A stretch of 41,436 nucleotides of DNA from a virus. Each line of letters opens with the position of its first letter. Within the stretch, counting starts at the first letter, position 1. Below the pieces are notes generated by a model that did not search any database, was not told the DNA's origin, and saw nothing but the letters and a program-made list of their open reading frames with translations. Positions 39,768-41,436 of the stretch are shown in pieces. The stretch lies in the IMG/VR virus record IMGVR_UViG_3300048894_000085, positions 1-41,436 of that record; one strand, 5' to 3'. The translations under genes were made by a program, and so were the position numbers.

Positions 39768-39974
39768 ATGAAAAGCTCAGAAATGATAAAAAGAATACGC
39801 TTGTCTTTCTGTCTTGATCAGAAAGAATTCGGCGAACTCATCGCAATGAGCAGACAAGCAATCTGGCAATATGAAAAAGGTATTCGTAAACCTCGGCTAC
39901 CTACTATTCGTAAATTGTTAATGTTAGCAAAAAAAAATCATATAAAGACATGCACAGAAGATTTTATGGAATAA
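39768..39974 (+). CDS. XRE-family HTH regulator (Cro-like position)
   Basis: 'LDQKEFGELIAMSRQAIWQYEKGIRKPRLPTIRKL' is a classic HTH_3 pattern. 68 aa. Confidence 0.8.
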   Translation: MKSSEMIKRIRLSFCLDQKEFGELIAMSRQAIWQYEKGIRKPRLPTIRKLLMLAKKNHIKTCTEDFME

Positions 39975-39983
39975 GGAATAGGA

Positions 39984-40283
39984 ATGAACGCACCGCATAA
40001 GATTAAAAAAGAGGATATAAGTATGAAAGCATCTGATTTAAGTAATAGAGTAGTTCGATTAGAAACTATCATTGAGCACATTCATTTATCACTTGAAAGA
40101 ATAGAGAAAAGATTTGATGATTTAGAAAAAAATATTAATATTCGTTTTGATAAAATTGAACAGCGTTTAGATAAAAGTGAAAATCGTTTATGGATAAACT
40201 TTTATTTTATGCTAACTACAATAATTGGATTATCTGGAACACTTGGCGCAATTATGGCTAAAGGTTTCGGATGGTTTAAATAA
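39984..40283 (+). CDS. Coiled-coil protein with a C-terminal TM anchor (XhlA-like architecture)
   Basis: Repeats 'RLETIIEHIHLSLERIEKRFDDLEKNINIRFDKIEQRLDKSENRL' followed by the TM 'INFYFMLTTIIGLSGTLGAIMA'. Confidence 0.5.
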   Translation: MNAPHKIKKEDISMKASDLSNRVVRLETIIEHIHLSLERIEKRFDDLEKNINIRFDKIEQRLDKSENRLWINFYFMLTTIIGLSGTLGAIMAKGFGWFK

Positions 40284-40313
40284 AGTTTTTTTAACTACAG
40301 TAAGGACGTTTAA

Positions 40314-40760
40314 ATGAGAAACCGTAAAAATAGCTTTGAAAGTTTGTTTTCAAAAATAGATTGGGTCATGATCGAATCAAAACGTACATGGCGATTATCC
40401 CCTGATCATGTTGCCATTGGCTTTTATCCTAAAGACAAAAAGAAACCTGACATTATAAATGATGTTAGAATCAGAATTGGTATGAATGTGATGGATAAGT
40501 TGCAATGGAATTATGGTGATAAAATATGTGTTCTACATGATCCAGATGATTTAATGAGTTTTTATCTAACACGATCAGATACCGGCAAAGGCTTTTCATT
40601 AGGAAAAGAAGCAGAATCTGGCACAGGACGAATTCAATTTAAATGGGATCGTGATATAGCCATTGAGCAAATTAATTCACATGCCGTTAAATTTCATATT
40701 CATAAAGGCGGTCTTGTTATATTCCGTGTTGGCAATCAAGAAGAAGATGAAGATTTATAA
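40314..40760 (+). CDS. Hypothetical protein, 148 aa
   Basis: ORF with an acidic tail. No motif recognised. Confidence 0.55.
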   Translation: MRNRKNSFESLFSKIDWVMIESKRTWRLSPDHVAIGFYPKDKKKPDIINDVRIRIGMNVMDKLQWNYGDKICVLHDPDDLMSFYLTRSDTGKGFSLGKEAESGTGRIQFKWDRDIAIEQINSHAVKFHIHKGGLVIFRVGNQEEDEDL

Positions 40761-40765
40761 ATTTT

Positions 40766-41436
40766 ATGTCTGACTTTAAATTATCCAATGACCCCATTGT
40801 TAAATTAGATGAGAATTCTTACTATTGTAAGATTCATCCCTATGCTTTTGGCGATTCTTTTGTAGAAGTCACTAATAAAAAGACTAATACAACTATGATT
40901 CGATGTGGTTATTGTGAAAATATAAAAGAGGAAAATAAAAAACTACGTGCAGAAGAATGGCAAAAAGAGAAAGAAAATATTACGCCGTATTATGTACGGC
41001 GTATTCTTACTACAGGTCGTAATATAAAAATGCATCAAATTCCTGATGAATTAGTTGAAGTGAAAACGGCTGTCATCCAATTAAATCGTTTGAAAGAAAA
41101 AATAGATGCACCCATAAAAGTTTGTTCAAGACATGGTAATCTATATGAAAATGCTGTGATTAAAGCAGGAAAAAATAAAAGTGGTGAGCAAAAATATAAA
41201 TGTAAAGCGTGCATGAGTTCAATTCATGCTCGTAATTATCAATTAAACAAAGTTAAAATAGCTATTAGATGTGCAAAATACAGATCTGAGAATAAAGAAA
41301 AGGTGAGAGCGCAGAAACAAAAATCTTATATGAAGTATCAAATATCCTATTTAGATAAACATATTATAGATAATGCTTATCTAAGACATAAAATAGAAGA
41401 ACGATTAGTTAAAAAGAAGGCCGCTAATAAACGGGA
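40766..41436 (+). CDS. N-terminal part of the junction-spanning double zinc-ribbon/basic protein (paralogue A; continues at 1-317)
   Basis: Hand-translated. Module 1 is 'YCKIHP...RCGYCEN...YYVRRIL...IPDELVEVKTAVIQLNRL'. Module 2 starts 'VCSRHG...KCKACMS'. The frame is still open at the window end. Confidence 0.7.
   Translation, partial: MSDFKLSNDPIVKLDENSYYCKIHPYAFGDSFVEVTNKKTNTTMIRCGYCENIKEENKKLRAEEWQKEKENITPYYVRRILTTGRNIKMHQIPDELVEVKTAVIQLNRLKEKIDAPIKVCSRHGNLYENAVIKAGKNKSGEQKYKCKACMSSIHARNYQLNKVKIAIRCAKYRSENKEKVRAQKQKSYMKYQISYLDKHIIDNAYLRHKIEERLVKKKAANKR
41310..41436. repeat. Second copy of the 127-bp terminal overlap
   Basis: Identical to 1-127. Confidence 0.95.

Noticed and set aside
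1-41436. Integrase, transposase, CRISPR array, rRNA, toxin-antitoxin pair and restriction-modification system
   Set aside because: No ORF in the six-frame set shows recombinase (R..H..R..Y or serine-recombinase), DDE, RT, Cas or type II toxin motifs that I can recognise. No spacer-repeat array is present. The methyltransferase-fold candidate (12514-13173) lacks a recognisable DPPY/NPPY catalytic motif, so I do not call it a DNA methyltransferase.

Overview
This window is a complete tailed-phage genome that closes into a circle. Bases 1-127 are identical to 41310-41436, so the unique length is 41,309 bp, and one gene reads across the junction. The sequence is AT-rich.

Modules:
- (a) A long + strand block (8239-36703) carries TerS, about 25 small ORFs, a tRNA island, then a P22-like podovirus morphogenesis set. 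That set includes TerL, a 727-aa portal with a Q-rich C-terminal helix, scaffold, coat, a gp4-like adaptor, a gp10-like hub, Q/N-rich internal proteins and three fibre-type proteins.
- (b) A lambdoid-style early region has back-to-back promoters at 39624-39767. The leftward operon is Sak4 ATPase, Gp157 and a DUF669 SSB. The rightward operon runs from an XRE HTH protein across the junction to a wHTH Rep protein with a lambda-ori-like iteron array inside its gene, then HNH and PD-(D/E)xK nucleases and a GH108 endolysin cassette.
- (c) A minus-strand accessory operon (8101 down to 3900) ends in a ParA / ribbon-helix-helix partition pair.

No integrase, protelomerase, CI-type repressor, reverse transcriptase, CRISPR array or transposase is visible. 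The element therefore looks like a phage-plasmid.

Most unusual items:
- An HTH protein whose C-terminus is an RpoD region-4 copy with no region 2, sitting between portal and scaffold.
- A four-module zinc-ribbon/basic/helical paralogue family spread over three transcription units.
- A perfect consensus promoter that drives about 340 nt of ORF-poor, locally G-rich sequence.
- A tRNA island with one good tRNA-Asn and two aberrant tRNA-like elements.
- A tail-fibre tandem repeat conserved at protein level but heavily recoded at synonymous sites.

All functional calls come from motifs read by eye in the supplied translations. No database search was run.
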